64,000 nucleotides of DNA. It comes from a virus. Below are positions 35,426 through 45,783 of the stretch, in pieces. How positions within the stretch are numbered: the first letter of the stretch is position 1; every line of letters begins with the position of its first letter. The DNA is taken from positions 59,285 through 123,284 of IMG/VR virus record IMGVR_UViG_3300042197_000731; one strand, 5' to 3'. Position numbers and translations under genes: made by a program. The notes below the pieces were generated by a model, which did not search any database, was not told where the DNA came from, and saw only the letters and a list, made by a program, of their open reading frames with translations.

Positions 35426-38034
35426 TATGTTATTACTCCAACTTGGGGATACTTCAGATATTTATCTCCGGATCCTGGCTCTTTATATTGTTCTCTGAAA
35501 TTATGTATGAAACTAACGTTTGATACCGTTACTAACGCATTTGTGTATAAGGTAATATTTGAATCACTGTTAATAGTTTTTACGGTTCCAACTTTTACAT
35601 TGGTATTTACTATGATAGTATCATTTACATAAATTTCACTGCCGAATATAGTAGAACTTGATATAGATGAATAGGATACGGATGATAGAGTATTTTCTAC
35701 TGGAGAATCAATAACTAAAGTTTCGGCACTAATAATTCTGATAATATCACCTAATTCTTCGCCAGTATCTGATCTATATAGTGGACGACCAGCACGTAAT
35801 TCAGTATTGAAACTAGTTCCGTTACCATTAATTATGGTACTACCAACAGTTGAACTAATAGTGCCAGCACCATTAACTGTTAGTGTTAACCCAACTATAA
35901 TGTTACTATTTGTATTTGCGCTAATAGTTCCTGTACCAGCAACGAAATTATTTGCTATAAATGTATTTGCTGTTTTGTTGTAACTAGTACTCATACTGTT
36001 ATCCCATAGATAACGATCAATGGTAAAATCAACACGATTTAGTAAATTTATATTTTGACGAACACGATATGCTACTTCTTTACCTTTGCCGGGTATGGTA
36101 TAGCATAAAATCAATGCTCTGGTAAAGCCGAGTACAGTGCCATTTTCTTGTCTACTGGTCATCCAGTCAGGTAATACTCCACGATTTGAATAACCAACGC
36201 CATTTACCATTCTAGTTTCCATATTTGGAAAACTATTTGGATAAATTGTGCTTATGTTTTGACTATTTGCCGGTAAACTAACCGCTAAATTAGGACCCAA
36301 CCCCTCGTTATTAACCTGTTCATCAATTATATCTACATAAACTACTTCATATTTGGTATTAAAATTGCTATCTACTGCTATAGCAGTTTTCACTGGTCCA
36401 AATCTTAGAGTTTTCCAATAATGATTTAGAGTCATTGATTGTACATATATGCTTGCTTCTCTAGGCTTTAATCCTGCCAAGAATAAACTTCTACGTAGCG
36501 TATTTTTGCCAAACCATGGATCATTTGATCTATACAAATATGATTGTGGGAAAATATCGGTATTATCTATCAGAGATTTATAACTATCTCGTTCACTGGA
36601 ATCGGGTAATATTTGAATGTATAAGTTCTCATACGGTTCTATAATAGGCGCCAATACTGTTAATGTGAAAGTTTTTGTACTATAAACAAAGTTGTTGGCA
36701 TCGTATACTGCTACTGTGAAATTAAACACACGATCAAAGAAAGTATTACCGTCATCAAATGTAGTAGTACCACTGTCTAACATGAATGTATCAAATGTTG
36801 CTCTGCCAGAAATTAACCCATTATCAAGTAATTTTAGACCGGGTGGCAATGTTCCTGTACTAGTTTCTAGGCGATAATTTAAGTATCTATTACTAGGAGT
36901 TTCTGCCTCGATATATAATTCTGAAACTTGACCAGTAAAGATATTTCCTAAATCACTATCTGTTAACCACTCAACTTCGTCAGAAATTTGTCCAAGAACA
37001 CGTAAACTAAATGTTTTGGGCACACTAGCATAAATTGGTAGAGTTTGCTTATACACGTAAACAGAAAACGTATAGGTGGCATTTCCTAAGGAACCACTTG
37101 GAACTAAACCCGTTATCCATCCCGAGTTGGCATTTAGTGTTAGGCCAGGCGGCAATGATCCGCTTGATATAGCATATCCAATTACGTCGTCATCAAAGTC
37201 TAGACCATTTATTTTTATATCTACTCTGGTATCTTGACGAATACGTTTTAATAATCCAGCATCGTCTAATATTACTGGTGTATGTTTTGGTGCTGATGAA
37301 TCCGCTGTTATTAATGTATCAGAATCTGCTGTTAGTAAGGTACTATCCGCTGTTATACTTGATAGAGCAAACACAAATATAGTATAGATTTTTGTGTCTA
37401 CGGTAATACCATTATCTGCTTTGATGGTAAATTGATAGTTTTTACTTGTACTTGTTCCAGTAAAATCAAAGAAATATTCATCAAATTGACTGTTGTCAAA
37501 TCCAGTATTTGATGCCGTTTGTTCTGAAATAAATGGTCTAATATACCCAGATAGAATGCCAGTAGTTGAATTTAGTGTAATGCCTGGAGGTAATTCACCA
37601 TCAATAATACTAAACGTAGAGGTAAGATATTGATTTGATTCAATAGTGTTTATATCTATATATAGGTACGAGCCGTCAATGTATGAACCTAAATTTTCTT
37701 GAACGGGTGTTATTATTTGTGGCAATATGCCTGCAATAGTAAGACTAAATGTTCTATCAGCAACTTCGAAGGCTGGACTAGTTATTCTTAACGTGAATGT
37801 ACTTGTTGTTATTTTATTTGACGCTGCAGGAACACCGCCGATTGAGCCTATAGGCATACCCGCCATAGTACCATCTGATTTTATTTCCAATCCTGTTGGT
37901 AATCTGCCAGAAACTAAACTGTATACTGGCGTGCCGCCACCCACTACATAGGCATCAAAATTAAATTCATAGTATTCTTCTTCTGGTATTATACCCAGAT
38001 CACCGGCGGGGGTAAGCCAAATAGGTATACTCAT
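35425..38034 (-). CDS. putative baseplate protein with He_PIG/Ig-like repeats
   Basis: Repeated G.LP.G(L/I).L...G.I.G motifs. Confidence 0.7.
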   Translation of the reverse strand: MSIPIWLTPAGDLGIIPEEEYYEFNFDAYVVGGGTPVYSLVSGRLPTGLEIKSDGTMAGMPIGSIGGVPAASNKITTSTFTLRITSPAFEVADRTFSLTIAGILPQIITPVQENLGSYIDGSYLYIDINTIESNQYLTSTFSIIDGELPPGITLNSTTGILSGYIRPFISEQTASNTGFDNSQFDEYFFDFTGTSTSKNYQFTIKADNGITVDTKIYTIFVFALSSITADSTLLTADSDTLITADSSAPKHTPVILDDAGLLKRIRQDTRVDIKINGLDFDDDVIGYAISSGSLPPGLTLNANSGWITGLVPSGSLGNATYTFSVYVYKQTLPIYASVPKTFSLRVLGQISDEVEWLTDSDLGNIFTGQVSELYIEAETPSNRYLNYRLETSTGTLPPGLKLLDNGLISGRATFDTFMLDSGTTTFDDGNTFFDRVFNFTVAVYDANNFVYSTKTFTLTVLAPIIEPYENLYIQILPDSSERDSYKSLIDNTDIFPQSYLYRSNDPWFGKNTLRRSLFLAGLKPREASIYVQSMTLNHYWKTLRFGPVKTAIAVDSNFNTKYEVVYVDIIDEQVNNEGLGPNLAVSLPANSQNISTIYPNSFPNMETRMVNGVGYSNRGVLPDWMTSRQENGTVLGFTRALILCYTIPGKGKEVAYRVRQNINLLNRVDFTIDRYLWDNSMSTSYNKTANTFIANNFVAGTGTISANTNSNIIVGLTLTVNGAGTISSTVGSTIINGNGTSFNTELRAGRPLYRSDTGEELGDIIRIISAETLVIDSPVENTLSSVSYSSISSSTIFGSEIYVNDTIIVNTNVKVGTVKTINSDSNITLYTNALVTVSNVSFIHNFREQYKEPGSGDKYLKYPQVGVIT

Positions 38035-38035
38035 T

Positions 38036-38863
38036 TTATATATTAGCCACCTGAACAAATACGTTGCCAACGTCAGTGCTTACAGTACGTACTATCAAAA
38101 ACGCAGTTGTATTTCCGGTAATTTCTACAGCGTCGGTATTGATATTTGTTCTATTTGGGTAAAAAGGCAGTACAATGGTACTTAAACTAGGGCCAGGATT
38201 GAATAACATATATGTTCGTTCTAATCCAGCAGCAATTGTAGCATTTAATGTTGCAGTAACAGTGGTACCAGCATTTATAGTAAATGCTACAGTTGATCCA
38301 ATTGAATCAGTAGTATTCAACACAAATTCATACGCATCACTAACTCCATTTATAGGAGTATCTAAATTATCTCCAGATGGACTACGAACAATGTGATTAA
38401 TAGATAGCAAATTAGATGAAGTTCCTGAGATATTACCAGTATACGTACCTGTAGTGCCAGAGATATTGCCAATTAATGTATTTGCGGTAATATTACCAGT
38501 AAGCGTAACGGTAGTACCTGATATGTTACCGTTGAACGTAGGCGCGGTAATAGTACCGGTAGAAGTTATTGTTCCAGATACACTTAAATTGCCACCAGAT
38601 ATGTTTACATTTGCGGCAGTAACATTTATATTGCCAGACTCCGATGATAATACATTGCCACTGAGAGTTTCAGCCTCCACTAGATTAAATGAAGATACAT
38701 AAGTGCTAGTTATATTTGCGAATATTTCTCGCTCACTAACATTCGGCCATATAGACAAAATGTCCTGAAAATTTTCATTTACTTTAGTGAAACTGGTTCG
38801 TAGTGAATCACCAGTACCATCGTTTGGCGCAGAGCCTACATTTACGTTTGAGAATATTGCCAT
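38036..38863 (-). CDS. baseplate/tail fibre protein with T4 gp9/gp10-like N-terminus
   Basis: VNVGSAPNDGTGDSLRTSFTKVNENF. Confidence 0.7.
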   Translation of the reverse strand: MAIFSNVNVGSAPNDGTGDSLRTSFTKVNENFQDILSIWPNVSEREIFANITSTYVSSFNLVEAETLSGNVLSSESGNINVTAANVNISGGNLSVSGTITSTGTITAPTFNGNISGTTVTLTGNITANTLIGNISGTTGTYTGNISGTSSNLLSINHIVRSPSGDNLDTPINGVSDAYEFVLNTTDSIGSTVAFTINAGTTVTATLNATIAAGLERTYMLFNPGPSLSTIVLPFYPNRTNINTDAVEITGNTTAFLIVRTVSTDVGNVFVQVANI

Positions 38864-38902
38864 AGATAAAAACTCTTTTTACTTATTTATCTATGGCGAA
38901 TG

Positions 38903-38927
38903 AAAAAAATGGCAACTAAGTTGCCAT
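38903..38927 (-). terminator. rho-independent terminator
   Basis: ATGGCAAC/GTTGCCAT stem followed by T-tract on the minus strand, right after sod. Confidence 0.7.
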
Positions 38928-39481
38928 CAATATAATCTAGCGTTGACTTTATTCCAGTCTATTATTCGCCATATATTTTCTAGATATTTGGATTTATTAG
39001 AGCCATAATCCTTGGCCCAGACATGTTCCCACCAATCAATTAATAATCCAATATCGTTCTTTATTTGATGATTTGTTATTGTTTTTATATCACCATTCTT
39101 GGCCATATACACCCAGCCAGAACCTTGTATTTTCATAGCAACATCTTTGACTTCCTTTTTGAAGTCATCAAAACTGCCATACTTCTTGTTAATCAACGTT
39201 AAACTTATTCCATTGGGTTTATTACCTACTCGTGGAGGCATTAATTGTGGGAAAAATATATTATGTAGAAATGCTCCTGCCTCGTTAAATTTACGATCAC
39301 CTTCTTTTTTATTGTAGCGATCAACATATCCCTTTGCTAACTCACCATAATGGTAGTCAATAGATGACTTACTCAATACGGGAGATAATCCTGTACGTGG
39401 ATATGGTAATTTTTCCAATACTAGTTCTTTACCACTATTGGATTCTATCAAGTTAATGAGTTCTCTTACATTTTCAGACAT
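38927..39481 (-). CDS. sod: Fe/Mn superoxide dismutase
   Basis: LPYPRTGLSP..YHY..YVDRYN, FLHNIFF, QGSGW, DWWEH. Confidence 0.88.
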   Translation of the reverse strand: MSENVRELINLIESNSGKELVLEKLPYPRTGLSPVLSKSSIDYHYGELAKGYVDRYNKKEGDRKFNEAGAFLHNIFFPQLMPPRVGNKPNGISLTLINKKYGSFDDFKKEVKDVAMKIQGSGWVYMAKNGDIKTITNHQIKNDIGLLIDWWEHVWAKDYGSNKSKYLENIWRIIDWNKVNARLY

Positions 39482-39489
39482 GTATGTAT

Positions 39490-39708
39490 TTATTCACGAT
39501 ACATAATTCTAGCCTTAGTCATATCATACGGACTCATTTCAAGTACCACATTATCGCCCGTGATAATCTTGATTTCATTTTTTCTGAGTTTACCACCAAT
39601 ATAGGCAGTAACTAGAAACTCACTATTTTCTAGTTTAACTCTAAACATAGCATTGCCAAGAACTTGCTCAACAACACCATTCACGCGCATACCTTCCTCT
39701 TTTGCCAT
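39490..39708 (-). CDS. infA: translation initiation factor IF-1
   Basis: MAKEE...G.V...LGNAMFRVKLEN..GKLRKNEIKIITGD.V..EMSPYD.TKARI.YR. Confidence 0.95.
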   Translation of the reverse strand: MAKEEGMRVNGVVEQVLGNAMFRVKLENSEFLVTAYIGGKLRKNEIKIITGDNVVLEMSPYDMTKARIMYRE

Positions 39709-39721
39709 TAAATTTCCTTAA

Positions 39722-40099
39722 TTATCGCCGCATATGTGCGGCATCAATTGCTTCTTGTTCCGTAAATACGGGTTGAAGGCAACTCTTATGAACAACGGTA
39801 ATACCTTTGACCATATCACCAGTATACTGTTGACTGGGTTTGCTACTAACTGCGCCAGTAATCCAACTGTTCAAACTCTTGGGACGAGTATCTGACTCAC
39901 GCCGAACAACGTCGGTACGCATAGTTTGACCTGCGGGCTTACTGACTTTGGTAGTAGTTGATTTGTATTTATTTTTCAAATTTTCCCACTCACGGGCCTG
40001 TTCTTCTGCCTGACGTTTGGCCTCGGCAGACTTGTACTTGATTTTGCCCTTACGTTTGCCGGTAGTAGACAGCCAAGGACCTTCAAGATGCATGGTCAT
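39722..40099 (-). CDS. hypothetical phage protein
   Basis: 125-aa ORF (YTG..VKGITVVHKSCLQPVF). Confidence 0.7.
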   Translation of the reverse strand: MTMHLEGPWLSTTGKRKGKIKYKSAEAKRQAEEQAREWENLKNKYKSTTTKVSKPAGQTMRTDVVRRESDTRPKSLNSWITGAVSSKPSQQYTGDMVKGITVVHKSCLQPVFTEQEAIDAAHMRR

Positions 40100-40153
40100 G
40101 TAAATATCTCCGCTACAACAGAATTCATAGTATATGTGAAAACATAATTTTTG

Positions 40154-40510
40154 TCAAACTTTGGGCAAAGGAAAGTTTACATCTACTGGATTCCAGTCAG
40201 GCCCAGACACCTTACACACGATATGATTGTCTTTTACCAAGAAAAAACTATGATCTGGAAATCTTGAACGACAATGTTCAATTAATTCCTGTAGCGTTTT
40301 TCCTTGAGCTAAGAAAGTATCGTCATGTGAATCAAACCAATATTCAATATCGCCGTGATGTTCTGACTTTATGATATGAGTTTCATCATTGATTTTTTTA
40401 ATCAATTCATTTTGTTTTTCTAACTTATGTTCCATTTTAACGGTCATATACTTTTTCATTAGTAAAAAAAGACCGTACCAAAAAGCGAATTGAAGAATAA
40501 ATTCTAGCAT
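40154..40510 (-). CDS. hypothetical protein, N-terminal membrane anchor
   Basis: 118-aa ORF. Confidence 0.6.
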   Translation of the reverse strand: MLEFILQFAFWYGLFLLMKKYMTVKMEHKLEKQNELIKKINDETHIIKSEHHGDIEYWFDSHDDTFLAQGKTLQELIEHCRSRFPDHSFFLVKDNHIVCKVSGPDWNPVDVNFPLPKV

Positions 40511-40511
40511 A

Positions 40512-41348
40512 TTAGGTCCAAAGATGATTACGGATTTTAATTAGACGAATCAACATTTCAGTATCTTCGCGCTCGTATTCTGCCTCAATTTCTTGATTTT
40601 TATCAAGAGCAATTTTCCCTATATTGTTTTCTTCTTCGGATCCTGCCTCTAAATCTAACAGGTCATAGCCCTTTTCTCTACGCATATCACAGTAAGCAGA
40701 CCATCCACTGGCCTTCATAGGATCTGGGCGATTTTTGTATATATTTTTCCACCAATGATACAACTCATAGATTTCAGTAGCAGAAATTGCTTGAGGTGTT
40801 GGTTTGTCATATAACGGATCAGACACATCTGTCCATTCATAATCATGCTTCAAACTCATTTGCCAACGCAGATGATCTAATCCTGCTTCTGGACAACGCC
40901 ATACACGCCAACGAAACCAACCCCAACTCCAGCGTGGAGCATGATATTTCTTTCTTGCTTCCTTATCCCACGCAATATTAGCCCATGCCAGTTCTATTTC
41001 AACATAATCAACTAGTTCATTAAACAGACATGGCAGAAATCTATAGCCTACATCCTGCCAACGGCCGGGCTTAATGTCGTCCCTGTGTGCGGTTAACGCA
41101 TGAGTTTTTGTGACCCATCTGTTATTGATGTAATACTTAACATCATATAGACGATCTACGGGCCACCATAAAAAATCTTGAATGCTATCTAACGCTTCTT
41201 CTGCTAGCCAGTATCTGATCTTATGTTTACTTTGGGCGGTCTTTCGCCAGATGCCCCATTCTTTACCAGTAGACGCCCCTGGCTTGGGGGTGCCTCGCAA
41301 CCAATCCGCGAATTTTGTACAACTCCAGTATCTTGCTCTTTGACCCAT
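40512..41348 (-). CDS. hypothetical Trp-rich phage protein
   Basis: 278-aa ORF. Confidence 0.7.
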   Translation of the reverse strand: MGQRARYWSCTKFADWLRGTPKPGASTGKEWGIWRKTAQSKHKIRYWLAEEALDSIQDFLWWPVDRLYDVKYYINNRWVTKTHALTAHRDDIKPGRWQDVGYRFLPCLFNELVDYVEIELAWANIAWDKEARKKYHAPRWSWGWFRWRVWRCPEAGLDHLRWQMSLKHDYEWTDVSDPLYDKPTPQAISATEIYELYHWWKNIYKNRPDPMKASGWSAYCDMRREKGYDLLDLEAGSEEENNIGKIALDKNQEIEAEYEREDTEMLIRLIKIRNHLWT

Positions 41349-41350
41349 GA

Positions 41351-41719
41351 TTAAATTTCCCTAGATTTTACTACGAACCAACCTATTTTTTTCAAATCTT
41401 CGATGATTTCTTCCGTTACAACACCTTCATTTACGGATCCACCATTTGAACTTCCATCATCGTTGATGATTCCACTACAGTACCAATCCAAATAATCACC
41501 GCTGCCAATGATATCAGCGATTAGTCCGCCAGCATAACGCCAACTACAAGACCATGTATCATCTGTAAGAATAGGCCATACTTCATCTTTTCTAAACTGA
41601 TTATTACATAGGGCAGCATATAAGTTTTGAGCATATACATTATTGCTGCGAACTTTTTCGACTAACCAATCAGTTGACATCAACTCTTTTTCTAGATCAA
41701 ATTTTTGTTCATCATTCAT
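41351..41719 (-). CDS. hypothetical phage protein
   Basis: YAQNLYAALCNN..WSCSWRYAGGLIAD..DYLDWYCSG; probable start MNDEQ. Confidence 0.7.
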   Translation of the reverse strand: MNDEQKFDLEKELMSTDWLVEKVRSNNVYAQNLYAALCNNQFRKDEVWPILTDDTWSCSWRYAGGLIADIIGSGDYLDWYCSGIINDDGSSNGGSVNEGVVTEEIIEDLKKIGWFVVKSREI

Positions 41720-41903
41720 ATTGTGGAACAGATACACTGCCATTCTTGACTTCAGGAACATTTGTCCATGGACCAGGACATGTTTCTGTTACAGGAAGTA
41801 CATCACCATCTGGATAAGTGTGTTCTAAACGTGTTTTTCTTTCAAGAATTCTATACTGTAGAATTCGTGAAGATCCATTATTCAGCCATCGTAGTTCTAA
41901 CAT
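41712..41903 (-). CDS. hypothetical protein
   Basis: 63-aa ORF. Confidence 0.5.
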   Translation of the reverse strand: MLELRWLNNGSSRILQYRILERKTRLEHTYPDGDVLPVTETCPGPWTNVPEVKNGSVSVPQYE

Positions 41904-42180
41904 TTTTCTTTTTCTTCTTTACTTCTTCAAGTGCCACTAGTGGCTTAATTTTGTCATGTGACGTAGTTATGATAGATACCCACTCACTGTTGATTTTGAT
42001 TGGGAGATATAGATGAATCATCACTCGTGGCGGACTATCAACATATACTTTACTATCAATATACACTGATCCCGTAAACGGAATTCCTTCGTGATGACCA
42101 TATACACGATCACCTAAAAAGTATGTAGGTTTATAAGTTACCGTGTCAAAATATTTCTTCAAGCCAGACATTCTGCCCAC
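41878..42180 (-). CDS. hypothetical protein
   Basis: 100-aa ORF. Confidence 0.6.
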   Translation of the reverse strand: MGRMSGLKKYFDTVTYKPTYFLGDRVYGHHEGIPFTGSVYIDSKVYVDSPPRVMIHLYLPIKINSEWVSIITTSHDKIKPLVALEEVKKKKKNVRTTMAE

Positions 42181-42365
42181 CTTAGATTGAATAACATTGC
42201 GGATTTTGGATCGGTAAAGATAAAACGATATGATCCCAAAATAAAATCATCAAATTGTACAGCATAGTTTTTGCTCACTACATCATTAGTCCACTCTATC
42301 ATTGATTGTAGTGTATCTTCATTTACTGTACGAACTTTTATACTTATTTTTTGAGGATATTCCAT
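42159..42365 (-). CDS. hypothetical protein
   Basis: 68-aa ORF ending in F..P..A.LF.LRW. Confidence 0.55.
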   Translation of the reverse strand: MEYPQKISIKVRTVNEDTLQSMIEWTNDVVSKNYAVQFDDFILGSYRFIFTDPKSAMLFNLRWAECLA

Positions 42366-42706
42366 ACTTTTTCTTTGCCTACAATTTCTTTTTCTAGTTC
42401 TCGATATCTATCGCCAAGTTCTTTCAGTTCCGACCAACGTTCTTCTAACTCTGGGTTTACTTGAAGAATAGCCAATCTACTATTGATAGTATTTAGGGTA
42501 TCCATTAAACTAACATTGCCTATTTTTATATCTGCGCCGTCGGTTAAATGCAGACCATTGCTATATGATGTCGTTGAGTCAGTGCTAAAAATATATGGAG
42601 ATAAAGTAGAACTTGAAACTGAAATGTTACCAAACCCAGTGTATTGATCAGATAACGTAACATTCATTGTTTCAATTACAGCATCTAAATCATCATTTTG
42701 TATCAT
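42344..42706 (-). CDS. hypothetical protein
   Basis: 120-aa ORF. Confidence 0.6.
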   Translation of the reverse strand: MIQNDDLDAVIETMNVTLSDQYTGFGNISVSSSTLSPYIFSTDSTTSYSNGLHLTDGADIKIGNVSLMDTLNTINSRLAILQVNPELEERWSELKELGDRYRELEKEIVGKEKVWNILKK

Positions 42707-43548
42707 GTAATCTCCACTGTTTTATTAATATCCCACTCTGTCTCCTCATATCCCTCATAGCCACGTGGGTTACATACAACTCGGGTAGATCCAATCATGT
42801 AATCATATGGACTATGAACATGCCCATGAGTCCACAACTTAATACAAGGATGATCTAGAATAAACTCGGATAGATCGCTAGCATATCCTCCGTTCATATG
42901 GTGATCTTTGGCATACCTAGGATGAATAGATTGGCGAGATGGCGCATGATGAGTAACAACTACGTATTTCTTCGTAGTATCACTATCAATTACATCACCA
43001 ATATATTTCAAACTGGCACGATGGCGGTCAATTGTATGTGCTGGCCTAAGTTTCGTGTATCCATGTCCGTCATGACGAATGATACGATAATCATTCATGC
43101 CATTTTGAAGAGTGTAAAGTGTAATAGGATCACCACGATTACAGTCAGTCCATAGCGTACTGCCAACGAAAGTGAACTCGCCGATTTCCTTACATTCGTT
43201 TTCTAGAAAATAAATGTTGGGAAACTTGCTACATTCTTCCCGTAGATAGTCTAGACTAGCAATCCAGTTTCCATGATAGAACTCATGGTTTCCCGCAATA
43301 TAGATTACATGTGGAAATTGATCACTACAGCGCCTCAAAAAGTCACGAAATCGCAGTGCGGTTTGTTGCCTACGACCCAGATCTTCAAGATTGACACTAC
43401 TATACATCCCGTAATTCATTTCAGGATGATTATGTAGATCTTCAGCGACAAGAATATCACCGCTGAGAATTAGTACATCACACCCGTCATTAATGATATT
43501 GATATCGCTAAACTCAAGGTGTAAGTCGGAAACTATTTTGATTTTCAT
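42703..43548 (-). CDS. calcineurin-like metallophosphoesterase
   Basis: SDLHLE, LSGDI, AGNHEFY, THHAP, HGHVH. Confidence 0.92.
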   Translation of the reverse strand: MKIKIVSDLHLEFSDINIINDGCDVLILSGDILVAEDLHNHPEMNYGMYSSVNLEDLGRRQQTALRFRDFLRRCSDQFPHVIYIAGNHEFYHGNWIASLDYLREECSKFPNIYFLENECKEIGEFTFVGSTLWTDCNRGDPITLYTLQNGMNDYRIIRHDGHGYTKLRPAHTIDRHRASLKYIGDVIDSDTTKKYVVVTHHAPSRQSIHPRYAKDHHMNGGYASDLSEFILDHPCIKLWTHGHVHSPYDYMIGSTRVVCNPRGYEGYEETEWDINKTVEIT

Positions 43549-43736
43549 TCTTCATTATCCATATTAAACTTGCCGCTACGCAGCATTTGATTTTCTTTCG
43601 CCCGAACACGATTTCTAAGAACCTTCTTAGTGCCGCGACTATGCTTGGCAGCATTACCCCACTCAGTAGAAAATTGACGTTCACTGAACCGTTGAGGTTG
43701 ATTGGACTTGTTTGCCGACTTGCTCATGATTACCAA
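43545..43736 (-). CDS. hypothetical basic protein
   Basis: 63-aa ORF. Confidence 0.5.
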   Translation of the reverse strand: MVIMSKSANKSNQPQRFSERQFSTEWGNAAKHSRGTKKVLRNRVRAKENQMLRSGKFNMDNEE

Positions 43737-43780
43737 CAGAATTAAGGAGATATGTATTCTATGTCAGACCGTATTAAAAG

Positions 43781-44053
43781 TCAAATTTCGTCTACGGAAA
43801 TAATGTTTGAAATTTTAAAACTACGCCAGCCACTGTTTTCAGTATCCCAGACACTAATAAGTTCTGGGCTTGATTTACGTTTTGTGCCTTCTGTGACAGG
43901 CGCTGGTGGCAAAATATCTGATCGTAGTGTACAGCGAAGTGTACGCTCCGAACCGTCTACTTTGGTAAATTTTACAGAATAAGTTCCGCTCTTAAGAAGA
44001 TCGCGCAGAAACTGCGAGGTCTCGGCGGTAGTGTTTTGCTTGAAATTAATCAT
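43781..44053 (-). CDS. SH3/WYL-like beta-barrel phage protein
   Basis: VKFTKVDGSERTLRCTL...VWDTENSGWRSFK. Confidence 0.7.
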   Translation of the reverse strand: MINFKQNTTAETSQFLRDLLKSGTYSVKFTKVDGSERTLRCTLRSDILPPAPVTEGTKRKSSPELISVWDTENSGWRSFKISNIISVDEI

Positions 44054-44056
44054 AAT

Positions 44057-45370
44057 TTAGATCTTTTCTCCAGGAATAAAGCCACGAAAATGTAGGAAAC
44101 GAGGGAAACGCAGGCTATACGTACCGTCCTGGTTCATTGTAATAGCATCAGCACGAATTTCAACGACTTGACCAATAAGGCTAGAACGGTTAATCCAAAA
44201 CAGATCACGATCACTATCGCTAAAACCACTGCCGCAATTGACGGAAATATTTTTCCCGAGATCGGATCCGGAGCAAACCAATGCGCCCAGGCGTCCGACA
44301 TTTCGTCCAGTACCTTCTTCAACATCAACAATCTCCAGACTTACCTCAATAAAAGGCTTGAGTTTTAGCCAACTTACTGTACGCTTACATTCATATGGAG
44401 CATCAGTATTCTTGATCATGATACCTTCATAGCCGCCATCAATCGCAATTTGATTGATTTCACGGAATCGACGTTGACCCTCTTCAGTATCAAGATCAAC
44501 CAACTCCTGTTCTAGAACTTCTACGTTCGGCGTTTCTTCTCGCCACAGATCCTTCCATGCCTGCAACTTAATACTACGTTGACATTGAGGACGATCCCAT
44601 TTGCCAGCCTGAAATGCTTCAAGTGTAATGAAATCAAACAGATGAAGAACAGCATCACCCGCGTTTACGTTACTCTTGCGATGAATTTGCTTCATCAAAT
44701 CCTGAAAACTGCTGCTCATGACTTCACCATCAAAGACAACAGGTTCAGTAATACCAGTAACGGTACGACGGAATTGTTCCTTGATATGTTCAAAGTTCAC
44801 CAGTTCTTTGCCATTACGGCTGAATTGATCCACTCGTCCATCAGGATAAACAACAGTCAGAACACGAACACCATCCAACTTGACTTCAATCAACTTCTTA
44901 CCAGAAAGTTTGGATTCGTGATTAGCACTGTCTTGAGCCAGTTGACAACTAAACACAGGAATAGTATACTGCGGCCAATGGTCTTCAACAACCTTGTTGA
45001 TAGTTTTTTCGCTAACACCACAGCGTAGATCCTTAATCAGAATACGACGATACCATCCATTCCACTGTGTGTTTGTGGAATGATCCATCATATCTTCGAT
45101 CAGATCACGCGCCGCATTGCCGGTAATTTCACGATTAATTAGCCGATTAACATTTGCGACAAATGAAGACCATGGATAACCACCGCCATCAGTGCCACTA
45201 CGTTCAGGCACTTGTTTGATGCCGAACGTAATCATAGGATCCAGTGCCAACTTACAGCCGGCAAAGAATTCATCATTGCCAGACTGTGCTTCCGCAAGAA
45301 TAATGGCTTCTTTGTTCAGACGACTGGGATGATTTTCCAGATGATTAATTACACGATAAACGTCGCTCAT
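44057..45370 (-). CDS. lig: ATP-dependent DNA ligase
   Basis: EVKLDGVR (motif I), FDGEV, YEGIMIK, WLKLKP, SLRFPRF. Confidence 0.95.
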   Translation of the reverse strand: MSDVYRVINHLENHPSRLNKEAIILAEAQSGNDEFFAGCKLALDPMITFGIKQVPERSGTDGGGYPWSSFVANVNRLINREITGNAARDLIEDMMDHSTNTQWNGWYRRILIKDLRCGVSEKTINKVVEDHWPQYTIPVFSCQLAQDSANHESKLSGKKLIEVKLDGVRVLTVVYPDGRVDQFSRNGKELVNFEHIKEQFRRTVTGITEPVVFDGEVMSSSFQDLMKQIHRKSNVNAGDAVLHLFDFITLEAFQAGKWDRPQCQRSIKLQAWKDLWREETPNVEVLEQELVDLDTEEGQRRFREINQIAIDGGYEGIMIKNTDAPYECKRTVSWLKLKPFIEVSLEIVDVEEGTGRNVGRLGALVCSGSDLGKNISVNCGSGFSDSDRDLFWINRSSLIGQVVEIRADAITMNQDGTYSLRFPRFLHFRGFIPGEKI

Positions 45371-45744
45371 TTCTGTTCTCCTTGAATTTTTGTTGCGTGC
45401 TTGCAACGACCATGAAACTTAAAACCGGTACACGAACACACAAACCGACCATCGATTTTGCTAACAGTATAACTATCACCTTTGCTGCCCGCAACTGTCC
45501 AGGTAGGATGTGCGGGTTTTTCTTGCGTAGGCAACGCACCAAACGTATTAGCAACCTTGGCAAAAGTACGACCACGAGTGTCAAACCCCATGGGCTTACT
45601 AAAGATGGTAAGATTGTTAGTACCAGCACGAACATACCCAATCATCTTGCTCTTGCTATCGTTAAGCAAGTAGATATGATTGGGAACTTCGCTAGAATTC
45701 CATTTGGTGGTTTCTTGATAGAACTGCATGTGTTGTCGCATCAA
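45367..45744 (-). CDS. SWIM zinc-finger protein
   Basis: GSKGDSYTV..CSCTGFKFHGRCKH. Confidence 0.75.
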   Translation of the reverse strand: MMRQHMQFYQETTKWNSSEVPNHIYLLNDSKSKMIGYVRAGTNNLTIFSKPMGFDTRGRTFAKVANTFGALPTQEKPAHPTWTVAGSKGDSYTVSKIDGRFVCSCTGFKFHGRCKHATKIQGEQK

Positions 45745-45783
45745 ATGTCTAAGATGCTAGTGTACATCATGTCCTATTTTGTG

